Shown: piece by piece, positions 51,306 through 64,000 of the stretch
Position numbering within the stretch: the stretch's first letter is position 1
Layout of the letters: the number at the start of each line of letters is the position of its first letter
NCBI GenBank assembly: GCA_032718475.1
Contig: JAUCBJ010000539.1
Coordinates: 31,742-95,741, forward strand
DNA length: 64,000 nucleotides
From: Nemertoderma westbladi
Lineage: Eukaryota; Animalia; Xenacoelomorpha
Reading direction: 5' to 3'
Notes under the pieces: model-generated
Database searches by the model: none
What the model saw: only the letters and a program-made list of their open reading frames with translations
What the model was told of the DNA's origin: nothing
Program-made: the position numbers and the translations under genes

Positions 51306-51655
51306 TCCGCGAATTATACATTGTAAAAAAATATTAAAAAAAATTTTTATTATAAAAAAAAATATTATTGAAATTAATTTCCGAAATTAACATCCCGAAA
51401 TTAATTTATGGACGTCCATTAATTAGTTATTTCATTACGATTCTGATGGTTGATAGATTAATTTTGGGACGTCCATATAGTTAATTTCGGGACATCCATA
51501 AATTAATTTCGGGGCGTTCAGATTATTATACATACTCCTTCTTTAACGAAGCCCCATTCAACTCCTTTTATAAGACTGTGTACTCTATCAATGCCTCAGT
51601 GGGCGGACTCCAGTACTGCAAGGCTCAGCGCCGGGTAAGTTAACAATCTGTCAAT

Positions 51656-53680
51656 GGCTCATTCCAAAGTAAAGTACGGGACATTCGTACACAATTTTGA
51701 ACTTTGATTGCCTGTACAATGTTATCCACAGCACATATGTGCACAAAATTGTGCTTGGATTAAACTTTCGAATATCAGCTTTGATCTCGCGAAGCTTATG
51801 GCGGGACTTAGTCACTTTTGAGAAAACGCCAGCTTGTCCAATTAAGGTAAAGTACGGATTCGTACGAAATGGTTTTTTTTATTTTATGATTTCAATTCTA
51901 AAATTTAGCGAATTGTGCGCAGGTATGGTGTTGAGTTGATGTTTAGGATAAAGTTGTATTATTAAACTTAAATAAAAATATAAATATCAGACGAATTGCT
52001 ACATTGCTGATTTTGTTACAGTGTGGTTTGTTTGGTAAAGTATGGGACATGGATAAGTAAAGTACGGGACCTGTGCGAATTTTATGGTCAAGATGGTCTC
52101 TTACACTTAACCTAACAGTAATTTCTGGATAATTAGTGATAATAAAGTGCATCTAAGTATTTCCAACCAAGATATGGATACAAAATGTGGGGCGGCCCAC
52201 AAATTGACCCGAAGTCTTAGCATATGGGTGCCCTTGAGGAGTTGTATGTCATCTGTCTAATTTTTGATCGCTAATACTGTATATCTCGGTCATTTTTAGA
52301 TGAAATTAAACCAAACCTGGTACATATGAAGTCTGTCAAAAGTTTGGAAAGAATCTGAAGTTTAAGGAATCAAAGGTCACACATCAGACAGTCTGTCTGT
52401 TGGTACCGATAGTTTCAAAATTTTGATAAAAACCGAAATACAGTAAGTCCGCCAATCATTGATGAAAAAATATAACCAAACTTGGTACACATGTAGTCTG
52501 TAAAAAGTTTAGAAATTCTTTCCATTTTTCTGAAAATGTATCAATTACTGTACTAACCGATCTTCTTATCTGCTAAAAAACTAAATTTTTTGAAATTTGT
52601 TGTAAAGTACGGGACTTTACATGCATAAACTCAAAGATTAGTTAACTGAGGAATGATTCTGAGTTCAAATACATACTTCTATGCTTCCCCCTAATATCAC
52701 CCTAAAGCATTATAACACTCCTGCCCTCCAGGTTTCATATATTACATTAATACAGTGCACTAAATGTAATCGCCATTATAATGGTAAAGTATGGGACAAT
52801 TTTCAATTGGCCGTCATGATGTTTCTGAGGGAGTAGATTATTAAACTACAGGTAATTGTTTCTTAAGATTACGTAACACAAACGTGCTTTGCATTCCACT
52901 GGGTGATTGGGTTTAGTTAGACTACTTCTCTGTGTATAAATTAAAAATTTCACTATTTTTTGGTAAAGTATGGGACTTTACATGCATAAACCCAAAGATT
53001 TCTTGACTAAGGAATGATTCTCAGTTCAAATATAGACTCCTATTCTTACGGCCGACTATGACCTTAGAGTATTATATCACTCATGGCTTCACATATTACA
53101 TTAATACAGTGCACTTATATAATCGCAATTTTAATGGTAAAGTATGGGACAATTTTCAATTGGCCGCCATGATATTTCTGAGGGAGTGAAGATGAAACTA
53201 ATTGTATTATACGATGACGCAACGCAAACGTGCTTTGCATTCCACTGGGTGATTAGGCTGAGTTACATCTCTGTGAATAAACTAAAAATTTCACTATTTT
53301 AGGTAAACCCATACTTTACCTTAAGATTAACTTTATCGATTTCATTACAGAGGAATGAAACACTAGTGAAATTAAATGAAACCAAAAAAATTCGAAAATG
53401 GGTTTGTTTTTGATTTGGTACATGCTCAGAAATGTTAATTTATTGGTCATAGGAAGTGCCTACAGGAAACGAAACTTTTGCACACTTTTATTCACATTTT
53501 GTGCAGAGCAGGTGCATAATTTGTAATTCGACTATTTTTGATAAACCACCTGTGTTGATACAATTTTAAACACTGAATTCATGAAGTACGATAAATTTTG
53601 ACCTAAAATGAGTATAAATTCAAAGCTACATCTCATTTTTAGAAATTAGTGGGGAGGTTGACCTTTTCATGGAATGAGCC
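51656..53680. mobile_element. Non-autonomous TIR DNA transposon (Sola-like), copy 2
   Basis: Same TIRs as 26314-28335, TSD CAAT, and colinear throughout. Confidence 0.88.
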
Positions 53681-54044
53681 CAATAATAAAAATGAAAGCG
53701 AGCCGACATTTAGTCAGAGCAACCAAATGGATGGCCAAGGAGACTGAATGTCTGGACTTAGCTGATTCGAGTTAAATCGCTTCGCCAAAACGACCAAGTA
53801 GCCCATAGGAATACACTACATTTTTTGGTGATTTTGGTCATTTTGGCCACCGAGGGGGGGTTCATTTTTGAAATTTCTTTGTAATACATCTGTATCTTTG
53901 AGTCAGGGTCGTTGGAAAAACAGAGATTTCGTGACTTTTCATAAAGTTTAATGGGCAATCCAACAGAGCAAACGCCAAAACATCTCTTTCGTCCCTTTCT
54001 TGTACTGTACCCATCTCAGTATTTTCTGTGCTAAAATTGCAAAT

Positions 54045-54180
54045 AATAACTTTTTGTTGGCACAGCTTTTGCAAAGTCGGCTATGACATCCAGATGGGAT
54101 CGAACTGGTAACCTCCGGGTTGGAAGTTTGACGCTCTAACCATTCAGCTAGCGGCCAGGTAAAAGATAGACCTGGAAATA
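54045..54180 (-). repeat. tRNA-derived repeat, second copy
   Basis: Homologous to 20865-21007. Confidence 0.65.
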
Positions 54181-54199
54181 ACAATTCGATCTGGTAAAT

Positions 54200-54590
54200 A
54201 AAGTGTCACAGTACGCCGATAATACAAAGTTTTTTATAATTGATGACGCTGATGTTCTAGAATTCCTCCTAGTTTTATTATAACAATTTTCTCTGGTCTC
54301 AGGCCTCGAACTAAATGAATCCAAAGCCGAAATTATCCGTATCGGCAAAACAAAGAATTCTAGAGTAAAACTATGCCCCCATCGTAAATTAAAATGGTTA
54401 GAGCCGGATTAACCCTTCAATGTCCTCGGTGTTATTATATCATCTGATACTACCAAAATAGAAAAAATGAATTTTACATGATGCATTAAAAAAGTTAAGA
54501 TGACAATAAATTTATGGAGAAAGCATAAGCTGACACTTTTAGGTAGAGCTACCATCATTAAATCACTCATACTGCCAAAATTTATGTATA
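54200..54590 (+). mobile_element. L1/Tx1-like LINE RT fragment
   Basis: KVSQYADNT, SGLELNESKAEII and INLWRKHKLTLLGRATIIKSLILPKFMY. Confidence 0.75.
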
Positions 54591-54591
54591 G

Positions 54592-55650
54592 CTACTACTA
54601 GGATCGGCATGCTGCATTGCAGCTGCATTTTTAAGAATGCTGTGCCGGCTTGTCAACAAAATTGCACCGCCACAACTCCCTATCACCCATGACATTTGCT
54701 AGATCATCCGCATCTCCAAGGCCAGTCTCCTTTAAGATGCGTCTCAAGAAAGTCATGGGCTGTCCACCATGCTTATTCACTCCATGAGACTGCCAAAGTA
54801 CAAGATTATGCACTGGCTGGTCCTCACGGCGAAAGCAATGTCCTGCAACAGCGGAGGCGATTTTGCTCTAGTGTCAAGCTTGGGGGAACCAATGAGACAC
54901 CTCCAATGTTATATAGTGTCTGGTTGGAAATGTGTGCATTGTACTTGACACAATGAACCCGGCGTAGCATTCTTGTGAATGTGCCATCCAGAGATTTGGT
55001 GTCCTCAGCAGTTAGAGCCCAGCATGGACTCCCATAGAGGAGTACTGGAACTACTGCTGCTCTAAATAACCGGACCTTAAGTTTCCGATTAATACTCGGT
55101 GACTTCCAAATCCTGGAAAGCCTATTCAAGGCTGCCCATGCCTTTCCCTTACGTATTCGAAGGTCCTCACCTGAATTCCGGATACATGATCCCAGGTAAC
55201 AGAAGTCATCCACATGCTCAAGCATACCATCTTTTGAGCTTATGCTCATCCGATCAGAGACTTGCTGAGGACTTTCAAAGTTAACTGTCAAAATTTTGGT
55301 CTTTCTGGAGTTAATAAAAAGACCAACACTAGAAGCAGCATGTTCTAATGAGCTGAGGAGCCGTTGGGCTCCCTCTAGTGATTCTAAGAGTACTCCTAAG
55401 TCATCAGCAAAGACTAGATCAGTTAGGTACTTGGCAGGATTTCCTCAACTTCTGGAGCCAGTAGGTGGAGTTATCATCACCCCATCATCATTATAATGAT
55501 CTAAGGACATGCGTAGAACATAGTCAACCACAATAATGAACAAGAATGGTGCAAGTGTGTCTCCCTGGAGGACGCCCCATAACACTTCAAATGGTTCTGT
55601 GTCACCGTCAACAGTAGACACAAATGTTGTCGAACCATCGTATACTGATC
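54592..55650 (-). mobile_element. RTE-clade LINE, 5'-truncated, third copy
   Basis: Highly similar to 33514-34575, including the (TAG)n tail. Confidence 0.93.
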
Positions 55651-55849
55651 TTAGATCTGACTGATTGTTGCAAAGGCTGCCTGGGGGTACATGTTGTGAC
55701 AGGAGAAACAGTTAAGATTATTTTTTCGATTCCGTTATTCAGTACTGAGTAATAAATAGCCTTTCAAATAAATGTAAATATCGAATAATTTATCGAATTA
55801 TTGAAATATAATTCATCTTATACCCAATTTTCAATTTGGCTTTCTACCT

Positions 55850-57071
55850 GGGAGATCCACCCGCCAGGCCGTGGATCAGCTCCTATCCGATATCTGGGCG
55901 GCATTTCAAACCCCGGTAAACGGAAAGCATGTCCTGTACGCCGCGTTCGTCGACTTCCGTAAGGCTTTCGACGTCGTCAGTAGGGCGGTCCTCCTTTACA
56001 AGATATACAAACTCGGCATCCGTGGGAAGACCTACGACATTATTAAATAACTACTACTGTAGACAACTCCATCAGAATCTACGACGGCCTCCGTTTAACC
56101 AACGCTATTAAGCAGCTCCGCGGAATCCTCCAAGGAGACTGTCTCTCACCAACCTGCTTCCTTATATTCATTACCAACCTTGCCCACACAATTCTAAATG
56201 TCTGTAATCTAATAAAGCTCATTTACTACTGTATGCGGATGACCTGGTCTTATACTCAACTGATCGAGCCGACCTCCAACATGCCCTAGATATTCTACAC
56301 GACTGGTGTATCCTAAATGGTATTACTGTAAACATCAAGAAAACAAAAATAATGAAATTTCGTAAAGCTGGCCGCCTCGCTAAAAATGATAATTTTACAT
56401 ACAATGGAACTCATTATAACAAATCGTTACGAATATTTAGGTTTAAGCCTTCCCTATGTTTCTCCGAACATATCCAACAAAAGAAATCTTCCGCTTTCTC
56501 AATAATTGGATCCCTAAGTAAGTTACCTCTACTTACAATCGAAACCGGAATAAAACTTGTCAATATGAAGGCATCACTTTACATCATAACAAGTATTGGT
56601 CAATATCTCACACTAAATAACCTCAAGGAACTCGACAAAATTAAAACGCAACATATGAAAAGAATGATCTGTCTCCATAAATCTGTCTCCTCAACATTAG
56701 CCCTGAATTTAGTAAATGAAAAACCCCTAATGGAAACCGTTATATCAACCCACCCCGACAACTTCAAAAGTGACGTCATCGCTCCCTACAGAGCCTTCCG
56801 CTCGGAACGGGAGGCCAACTTTATATCGCAACGGTATGCTGATGGTCCCGGATTTGCCAGTTCGGTGTGGAAGCGGGCTAGCCAACGCAACCGGCACCAC
56901 ATTACGCGTGCGACCTCACATGGTTTTCACCACCTCGTCTGCAAAAACTCAACCCCATTTCACACGCTCTCCCCCGAATGCCACTGCCGATACTGTAACT
57001 CAATTTGCGACCGATACCACGCGCTCAGCTGCCCCCAGTGCCCATCTCTTACCTTTCTCGCCTCAAATTAA
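55850..57071 (+). mobile_element. Decayed LINE RT with a Cys/His-rich C-terminus
   Basis: FVDFRKAFDVV, GILQGDCLSP, LLYADDLVL and SHGFHHLVC...CHCRYCNSICDRYHALSC. Confidence 0.85.
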
Positions 57072-57444
57072 CTCATTTGAATTATCTGTATATTGCCCAT
57101 GTTACCGTACAATATTTCAATTTTACCCCGCGTGGGGGTGTATATTATAATATTAAAATAAATGTAAAGTGCATTTTTTATTCGTATGAAATTAAATTTT
57201 CTGCTAACTTATTTCATAGACTAAATTTAGTGAATTTGTTATCGATATTTCGCTTAATCCACTTTTCGTTGTTTCATTCTCGAGTTATGGAAACTTTTGT
57301 AATTTTCACCCAAAATTGAAAAATTTTTAATTTTGGTGCAGCACCACATTTGACACCAAAAAATGATCATAAAACACACACAAATTTCGAAATATCTTGC
57401 CATTTACAGAATCAGCGCCGAAACTTACTACTAGAGGTACTTAT

Positions 57445-57652
57445 TCAGCCGTTAGGCCAGGGAATACGCACAACGTTAACGTATGATTACTATTTCCAGT
57501 GCGGTCCCCCTGAGGAAACTCTAGAACTCATTTAACTTCCATTTAAGTTTGCAAGGCAGATTTGCGCCCTGGCTTTAAAACATTCTCGCCGGCCTCCATG
57601 CGGGGATCAAAACCACGACCTACGGAGAGATATGAACCACTACACCAAGGAG
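57445..57652 (-). mobile_element. tRNA-derived SINE family B, copy 3
   Basis: Shares TATTTCCAGTGCGGTCCCC and AACCACTACACCAAGG with 25475-25725. Confidence 0.75.
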
Positions 57653-57667
57653 GTGGGAGTAACATAC

Positions 57668-58208
57668 ATGTCGCACAATCTCAGAATTGAGTTAAAAAAC
57701 TCCGTCTCATGTCGCACAATGTCCGCATTGAGTTAACAGACTCCGTCTCATGTTGCACAATTTCCGAATTGAGTTAACAGACTCCGTCTCATGTCGCACA
57801 ATCTCCGGATTGAGTTAACAGACTCCGTCTCATGTCGCACAATCTCTGGATTGAGTTAACAGACTCCGTCTCATGTCGCACAATCTCCGGATTGAGTTAA
57901 CAGACTCCGTCTCATGTCGCACAATCTCTGAATTGAGTTAACAGACTCCGTCTCAAGTCGCACAATCTCCGAATTGAGTTAACAGACTCCGTCTCATGTC
58001 GCACAATCTCCGGATTGAGTGAACAGACTCCATCTCATGTCGCACAATCTCCGGATTGAGTTAACAAACTCCGTCTCAAGTCGCACAATCTCTGGATTGA
58101 GTTAACAGACTCCGTCTCATATCGCACACTCTCTGAATTGAGTTAACAGACAACGTCTCATCTCGCACAATCTCCGGATTGAGTTAACAGACTCCGTCTC
58201 ATCTCACA
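57668..58208. repeat. 41-bp minisatellite, 13 copies
   Basis: Unit ATGTCGCACAATCTCCGGATTGAGTTAACAGACTCCGTCTC, head-to-tail with no spacers. Confidence 0.95.
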
Positions 58209-59375
58209 TGTTTGCGCTTTTAAGACCTTTGACAGTTTAACCTGCCAAATTAGGATGTCTTTTAGATGATATATAGTCTTTAGCCTATGACGAGTATTTG
58301 ATACACTACATTAGCCGAAGCCAGTCTATGCGCAATCATTCACCCGCTGGATATACCCGGGAGACTGAATTCGGAAGCTTAATGATTGATGGTGTAAGCC
58401 TACCGTATTATTCGACTGATCGTAATATATAATCTCTGACAAATATTATTCACTTTCGGGAAATATTAACAGTTCCTTTAGGACGTGGCGCTCTAAATAT
58501 GTAAACAGAGTTATGACTTAAACTAGACACAACGAAAAGGCTATAGATTCACGTATATGGCGCATTCTTTAGGAGATGCTTTGTTATCAGTTACAATCAT
58601 ACACAATGCTGCACAATGCTGCACACCAATCTGCCGACCTTCACTAATTTTAGTCACATACAAAGAGAATAACAGACAATACATGTAGGGCCTATAAAAT
58701 AGCATTAGATTCACTTCAAACCACTTAACATAGGTCGCAATCGTTTATCTGTAACCGGTCTCTCTAACCTTTAGTATATCAAGAAGGTTGGGTGTCTGAC
58801 TATTGATCAGTATTCCAAATATAATCTTCCATCAACAAATATAATGAATAACCGACAGCAAAAGCAGTAATGTTAAGTAAGATATGCATGATATGTTTAG
58901 TAAGCATTGATAAGGTAACTCGTTAACTCGATAACAGATATACGTTCTATAATTAAGCCTACTAATGTAAGACTAAAGACTGAAACACGGAGGTGCCAAA
59001 AGCCGGTGTTCTTAGGCTCTGGGAAAAAACATAACACTGAATTCCTGAGTTTCTGTATCCACCTCCAACACAGAGACAAAAAAACGCTCTGATTGGTCGA
59101 CCGAACAACGAGAGAACAAAGAAACAAAGAAATGTCGACGTGGCAATATCAGCTGTTAGCCGTTGTCATGGTAGCGAAACTGTTTTCAAGAGTATCGAGC
59201 TTATTGCGTCCCGAAATTGCGGATTATGTCCTCTAAAGTACAAATACAGAAGAAATGGCTTTTATGTCCTCTAAAACACCAGTACAGTAAGGACATGGCC
59301 TTTTTATGCCGAGTAAACCAACTACAGAGTACTTTACGGGGATAATAACCGGCTAATTACGCAAAAGCTTTTACA
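58209..59375 (-). repeat. 3' LTR (1167 bp) of the second Bel/Pao family member
   Basis: Colinear with 7656-8893, with TGT...ACA ends. Preceded on the minus strand by the purine tract GGGAGCGG (59383-59376). Confidence 0.9.
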
Positions 59376-59419
59376 CCGCTCCCAGAAAATGGGATTTAAG
59401 TCTATAAAATATAACAAAT

Positions 59420-60985
59420 CACAGTTTCTAAAATATAAAGATACTCTAAACAGTTAGTCTTTCTTACGCAGACGGCGTTTACGCAGTTTTTGAGGCTAGC
59501 AAGAGTCCTTTTCTCTTTGGGGCGAGCCACTTTACTAGGAGGGCTATAAATCCTGGGTGAAGGGTGCAATATGATTGCATCAGAAGGTGTAGGATTATGG
59601 TCGGGGTATCCGCCGTTTCGATATGCTTCTCCTCGAGCTGATTTTCCTCCGCTCGTAGCTGGATACGTTCATCCAAAAACTCTCGCAGAGAATGGGGTTG
59701 CCTAAGTTCGATATCTTCTTAGAGATTCTGGATTTTACAATCGAACTGAGATAAAGACAATTCGTTTATCGCTTGGACTTGCTGTTACAACTTACGTTTA
59801 TCTGAACAAACGCAGGTTTCCTTTCTGATCTTTGTAGAATAGCGTTTAACTCGTTTGGTACAACGTTCTCCGCCACTTTGGTGACAGGTTATATCGTGTT
59901 AAGCCGGGACGGGACGATGGTAAGGGTTAAACGGCGATATTAAATGTCCGCGTCCCAATCCGGCTAGGTAGAATGGGCTAGTATCTAGGAAGCCCACAAC
60001 TGGGGTGCCACCGACTAATTGTTCAGGTAACACTAGATCTTTGAGCAGTGAGTACAGCTCGGGAGGATCCGTCATACTAATAGGATCAAATCAAGAGTCT
60101 GAAGTCTCACTAGGGAATGAGGAGTTCTGATCGAGTATTCCGAAACTCTGATCATTGGTTTATTTAAGGATCGTCTGAGTCGAACGAGCGTAGGTGATAC
60201 ATCGAACAAGTTTCGCTCGAAACTCCCGTAAGTATAGCGAGTAAAACCGTGTTTAAAGCAACGTCTCCGCGGATGTTTATGTCTTTCCGTTTGTTGGTTG
60301 GGTCTTGGGCATTCCTCGCAATAATACCAAAAACGCACGTCTTGTAGGGGAAACGCGAGTGATCTTTCTCCAGCTTACAATATTCCTCCATCCGTTCGAA
60401 GCTATCCGGTACAACAGGTAGCGATCGATCGGCGGTAAGATACATCATAGTGGAATAGAGCCGTTTGAGTTCTACCATGCGGTCATGATGTATACCTTGA
60501 GGATATCGAGTTTCTAGATTCTGTTGACTGGTAATATCGAGATAGGTTTCTCTCAAGAATTCCAGGTATTTGGTGGAGTCGCTGCGTTTATCCGGCTCTT
60601 CGACATCTGCACTTTCGAGTCGGTTTCGAATAGAATTTTCGTGTTCGAGTCTCAGTTTATCGTTCCGCTTCCGCTGGGTATGATATTTAAATAAAACCAT
60701 TTCCCTTTGGTGTCTATATCGTTCGTATCGTGTAGGTCGATAGGATGACCAGTAGTTAAGAAGTCCATATACGTACCATTACGATGCGTATAGCGAGCGG
60801 TGAATTTTCTACAGTCTAACCCACGCGCAAGTTGCTCCCGGGACATTGGCGGTTAGATATAACGACCATCGTCCTCCGTAGTAGTTGGACCAGCGTCGCC
60901 GCGTATCAAGCTATCAACAAACGCTTGTAAAGGTAGAGTATATCGCTCCCTGATACCAAGATCATCTTCTATCAACTCAATCATA
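59420..60985 (-). pseudogene. Decayed accessory ORF between pol and the 3' LTR
   Basis: Successive ORF pieces (60652-60846, 60164-60700, 59479-59676) lie in coding-like sequence. The 5' part matches 15-320. Confidence 0.6.
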
Positions 60986-63689
60986 TCTGCTATATAAGTT
61001 TATCCATATTATAATGAGTTTATATTTAGGCGAGCGGGCGTCGCTGCCTCGCCCGGGTTGAGATTCTTAGTATATTTCCTAAGTTCTAAACAAGTCTGCT
61101 TAGAAAGGCTTAGAACGCTTAGCAACGCTGGTGCAAAGGGTGAGTAAAGTACTTAACAAATTTTCCAATTTCATAAAAATGACATTGCAAGTTTATAATG
61201 TTTAGTAAGTTGTTGCTATGTGACTGACAAGTATTACAGGATATATAAACGTGCTTTATATGTAACCGATGATATATGCAAGCACTTTGCAAGTGTAATG
61301 AACTAATAACATGCGCATTACAAATCTAGCATATATCTGTAACCTATATATTCCCGGCACTAGTTCGAACCTGCGTCGCAAATTTTTTTAAGTAATAATT
61401 ATTTTTGAAAAATAAATGTTGTGGGAAGAGTGGCGGTTAGCTTTCGAATGAAAGTAAATGATGACCCCCCCCCCCCCCCCCCTCTGAGACAAGAGAAACA
61501 ACACACGGAACATCATAGTGAGTGATGTACTGTATGCTATGCACTTGTGTTTGGTTTGATACTCTTTGTTGCAACCCCCCCCCCCCCTCCCCTATGACAT
61601 ATGTAAACAAATTAATACCGAGACTCAATGTTTTTAATATAAACAACATATAAACAAACATATTATTACTGTACGTTACATACACATCAGATCTAAACGC
61701 GTAAATACTGTAGGTCTACACTAAAACACAGTTACGTCGGAAAAATTTATCCAAAAAGTTCAAAAATGGTATTCCTCATTTCTGTTTATGCAATAATACT
61801 ATTTAATTCAAATTTGTAATCTTATCAAGCGCTACAGTAGATTACGATTTGAGCACGAAATAAAATAGAAAATTTATCACCCGTCATATAAAGTTACCAA
61901 TAACATCATCATATTATATTATAACTATATGGATTGCAGCAATTGTATTTTGAACATTAGGGTTAACTTTTCCCAACGAAAATAGTGGTTCAATGAATAC
62001 ATTAAAATTAGAAATACATACACAGAAACATTAAAAATGATTTTAGACATGTTCAAAATCATTAATACAAGGAATTCCAAATAATGAAGTGCTACGGCTA
62101 CCATTCATAGTACTGGTATTGTAGATATAGATATAAGGTTATTATTGAGATTAGATGCAGGATAACTAGCGGTTCATTGTGGTGGTCCAGTTGAATTTTA
62201 GAGCATTTTTTTTACAATTTCGTTACCGGTACTACCCGGTGTCTGTGAGAAAAGACGGTTTCCTTGGGAAAATGTCTGGAAAACACAGAATAAAAAATCA
62301 GGGAAAATATTTTTAAAGTAGGCCTACTTTTTTATCTTCATTTTGTTATTTTTTATTGGGAGCTGCCGCTCCCATACCCCAGACCCCCGTTTAGTACAAT
62401 GAAACAGCTTTAACAATAATATAATATAAAGCAAAATTACAATTAATATTATACTCTGAGAGTTTTACAAGAACCTACAGTAACTATAATGCCAAATAGA
62501 TAACACAGATACAAATAAGAGAAAGCACAACACAACATAGTTTACAGATTCAGTTTACAGCGTCAGACGAGTGGAGTGATCGGCAATCCATCCTCCGTAC
62601 CCAGACCACTGTGCCACTATAGCCTCGACTCCCTGATGCAATGAGAAGCCCCTCGAACTATGGCGAACTGCACACGGCGGCGAACCCACTCCATGACGGT
62701 GCTATAAGGTCTGTCCCAGTTGTGGTGTAACCTATCAGCGAAGATACTCGGGAGCTTGTTGGCATGCGGTGCCAGAACTCCATTCTACGGAGAGACAAGA
62801 GACTACGAAGGGTGCAAAAGTCCGCTCTCCTCTGTCTCGCTGGTTCCACATATAGTGCGGTTTTAGCGTCCTCCACAGATTCTAGGACCCTCATCGGGGG
62901 GCGTCCCGCATATGGCTCGGCGTCATCGGTTTACGACCCTGATATCTAACAACGCCTGAGTCTGCCGGTTGAATGCCCCCCGAACTCATACATCACACCA
63001 AGTCCTGCCTCTCCACTTAATCCAGGCTGGTCTCTGACTATGGGTTCCGACTGTCACGTTTCGTGGTCCAAATGCTAGAGAGGCCAGATCCCCAACAACA
63101 TCACGGAGTTCAATATATGTCTTTGGATTATGAGGCCTTTTTTAAATTCCAATTCTTCCAAAGTCAATTGTTATTAATCAAATTTCACTAACATTCAAAT
63201 AACTTGAATTTTAATTGTATCAATTAGGCATTAATTCAATTAAATTGTCAATTAGCAACAATCGGACAATTAGGCAAACCATAAATATTTCATTAACGAT
63301 ATAGACAGTACAAACAAAACAAATAAACAATAAACAAAACAAGTATACAAAAGGCACTAAACAATTAAAGATTACAAAACTCTATAAATAATAACAAAAT
63401 TAAAGAGTACAAAATACAATAAACAATTGAATTGAAGTAAACAAACAGCAATAAAGCTACCAGTATAAATTAAAGTAACAAAACGCTATACACTATTTAT
63501 TAAAGTAAGCAAAACTCATTAAACAATTAAACGTAAATAAAGAAAACTCAATAAACGCAACTCTGCAGTTCAGCAGTAGGCCTACTGACCACAAAATGAC
63601 TGAATGAGTCATTTATTGGCGGTGGATCATGTGACTGATTTTTAATTGCAATGCGTGTCAAGCACCACTAAAGTTCTTATTAAATTTTT

Positions 63690-63836
63690 GTCAAGTTATA
63701 AAGTCAACGAAAGTATGTTCTAGGTATACAAAATTTGTTAAAAATTTGCTAAGTGCATTGCATGATTATAAAGTCATCGAAATTATATTCTAGGTATACA
63801 AAATTTGTTAAGAATTTGTTAAGTGCATTGCATGAT
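63690..63836. repeat. ~71-bp tandem duplication
   Basis: TTCTAGGTATACAAAATTTGTTAA...AAGTGCATTGCATGAT occurs twice. Confidence 0.8.
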
Positions 63837-64000
63837 AAGTGCCCACCCAAATATTTCTTAAAATCTATACTGTACTTGGCAAGTATTTTTTAATTCCTTA
63901 ACAAATAATGCAAAATGTGGTAATTGTAAAAATTTAGTAAAATTATCATGCCAGTACCTTGCCATTAGGTAGTACTTTACTAATATGATAAGATTCTCAA

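Noticed and set aside
57668-58208. CRISPR array
   Set aside because: Units are head-to-tail with no unique spacers, there are no cas genes, and the context is eukaryotic.
7656-59375. The two LTRs as ends of one giant 52-kb element
   Set aside because: For a minus-strand element their order is reversed (each has its internal region on the outer side), and they are visibly diverged with indels.
62560-63100. GC-richer coding-like patch
   Set aside because: Only short ORFs and no recognisable motif. Possibly a TE remnant but not supportable.

Overview
AT-rich, repeat-dense eukaryotic DNA, very likely from an invertebrate animal (GT-AG introns, tRNA-derived SINEs, a speriolin-like gene). No prokaryotic features or CRISPR are supported. 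The left end holds a minus-strand Bel/Pao LTR retroelement (5' LTR 7656-8893). Its open 1141-aa ORF keeps Gag and protease but has lost RT, most of RNase H and the integrase core in frame, and an unknown extra ORF follows. A second, 5'-truncated family member (58209-~61048) shows the PPT, the 3' LTR and the decayed extra ORF. The most striking observation is that this element has no tRNA-type PBS: the 12 nt right after the LTR are perfectly complementary to a 12-mer inside the LTR, suggesting Tf1-like self-priming in a Bel/Pao. The centre holds an inverted Penelope-like element (RT + GIY-YIG) with three minimal hammerhead ribozymes, a nested RTE LINE and a directly abutting DEDDy exonuclease pseudo-ORF. 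Host genes are an intronless speriolin-like CDS, a >=6-exon gene of unknown family and two WD40 exons. The rest is LINE fragments, SINEs, MITEs, two copies of a 2-kb TIR element with 4-bp TSDs, and minisatellites. All calls were made by eye, without database searches.
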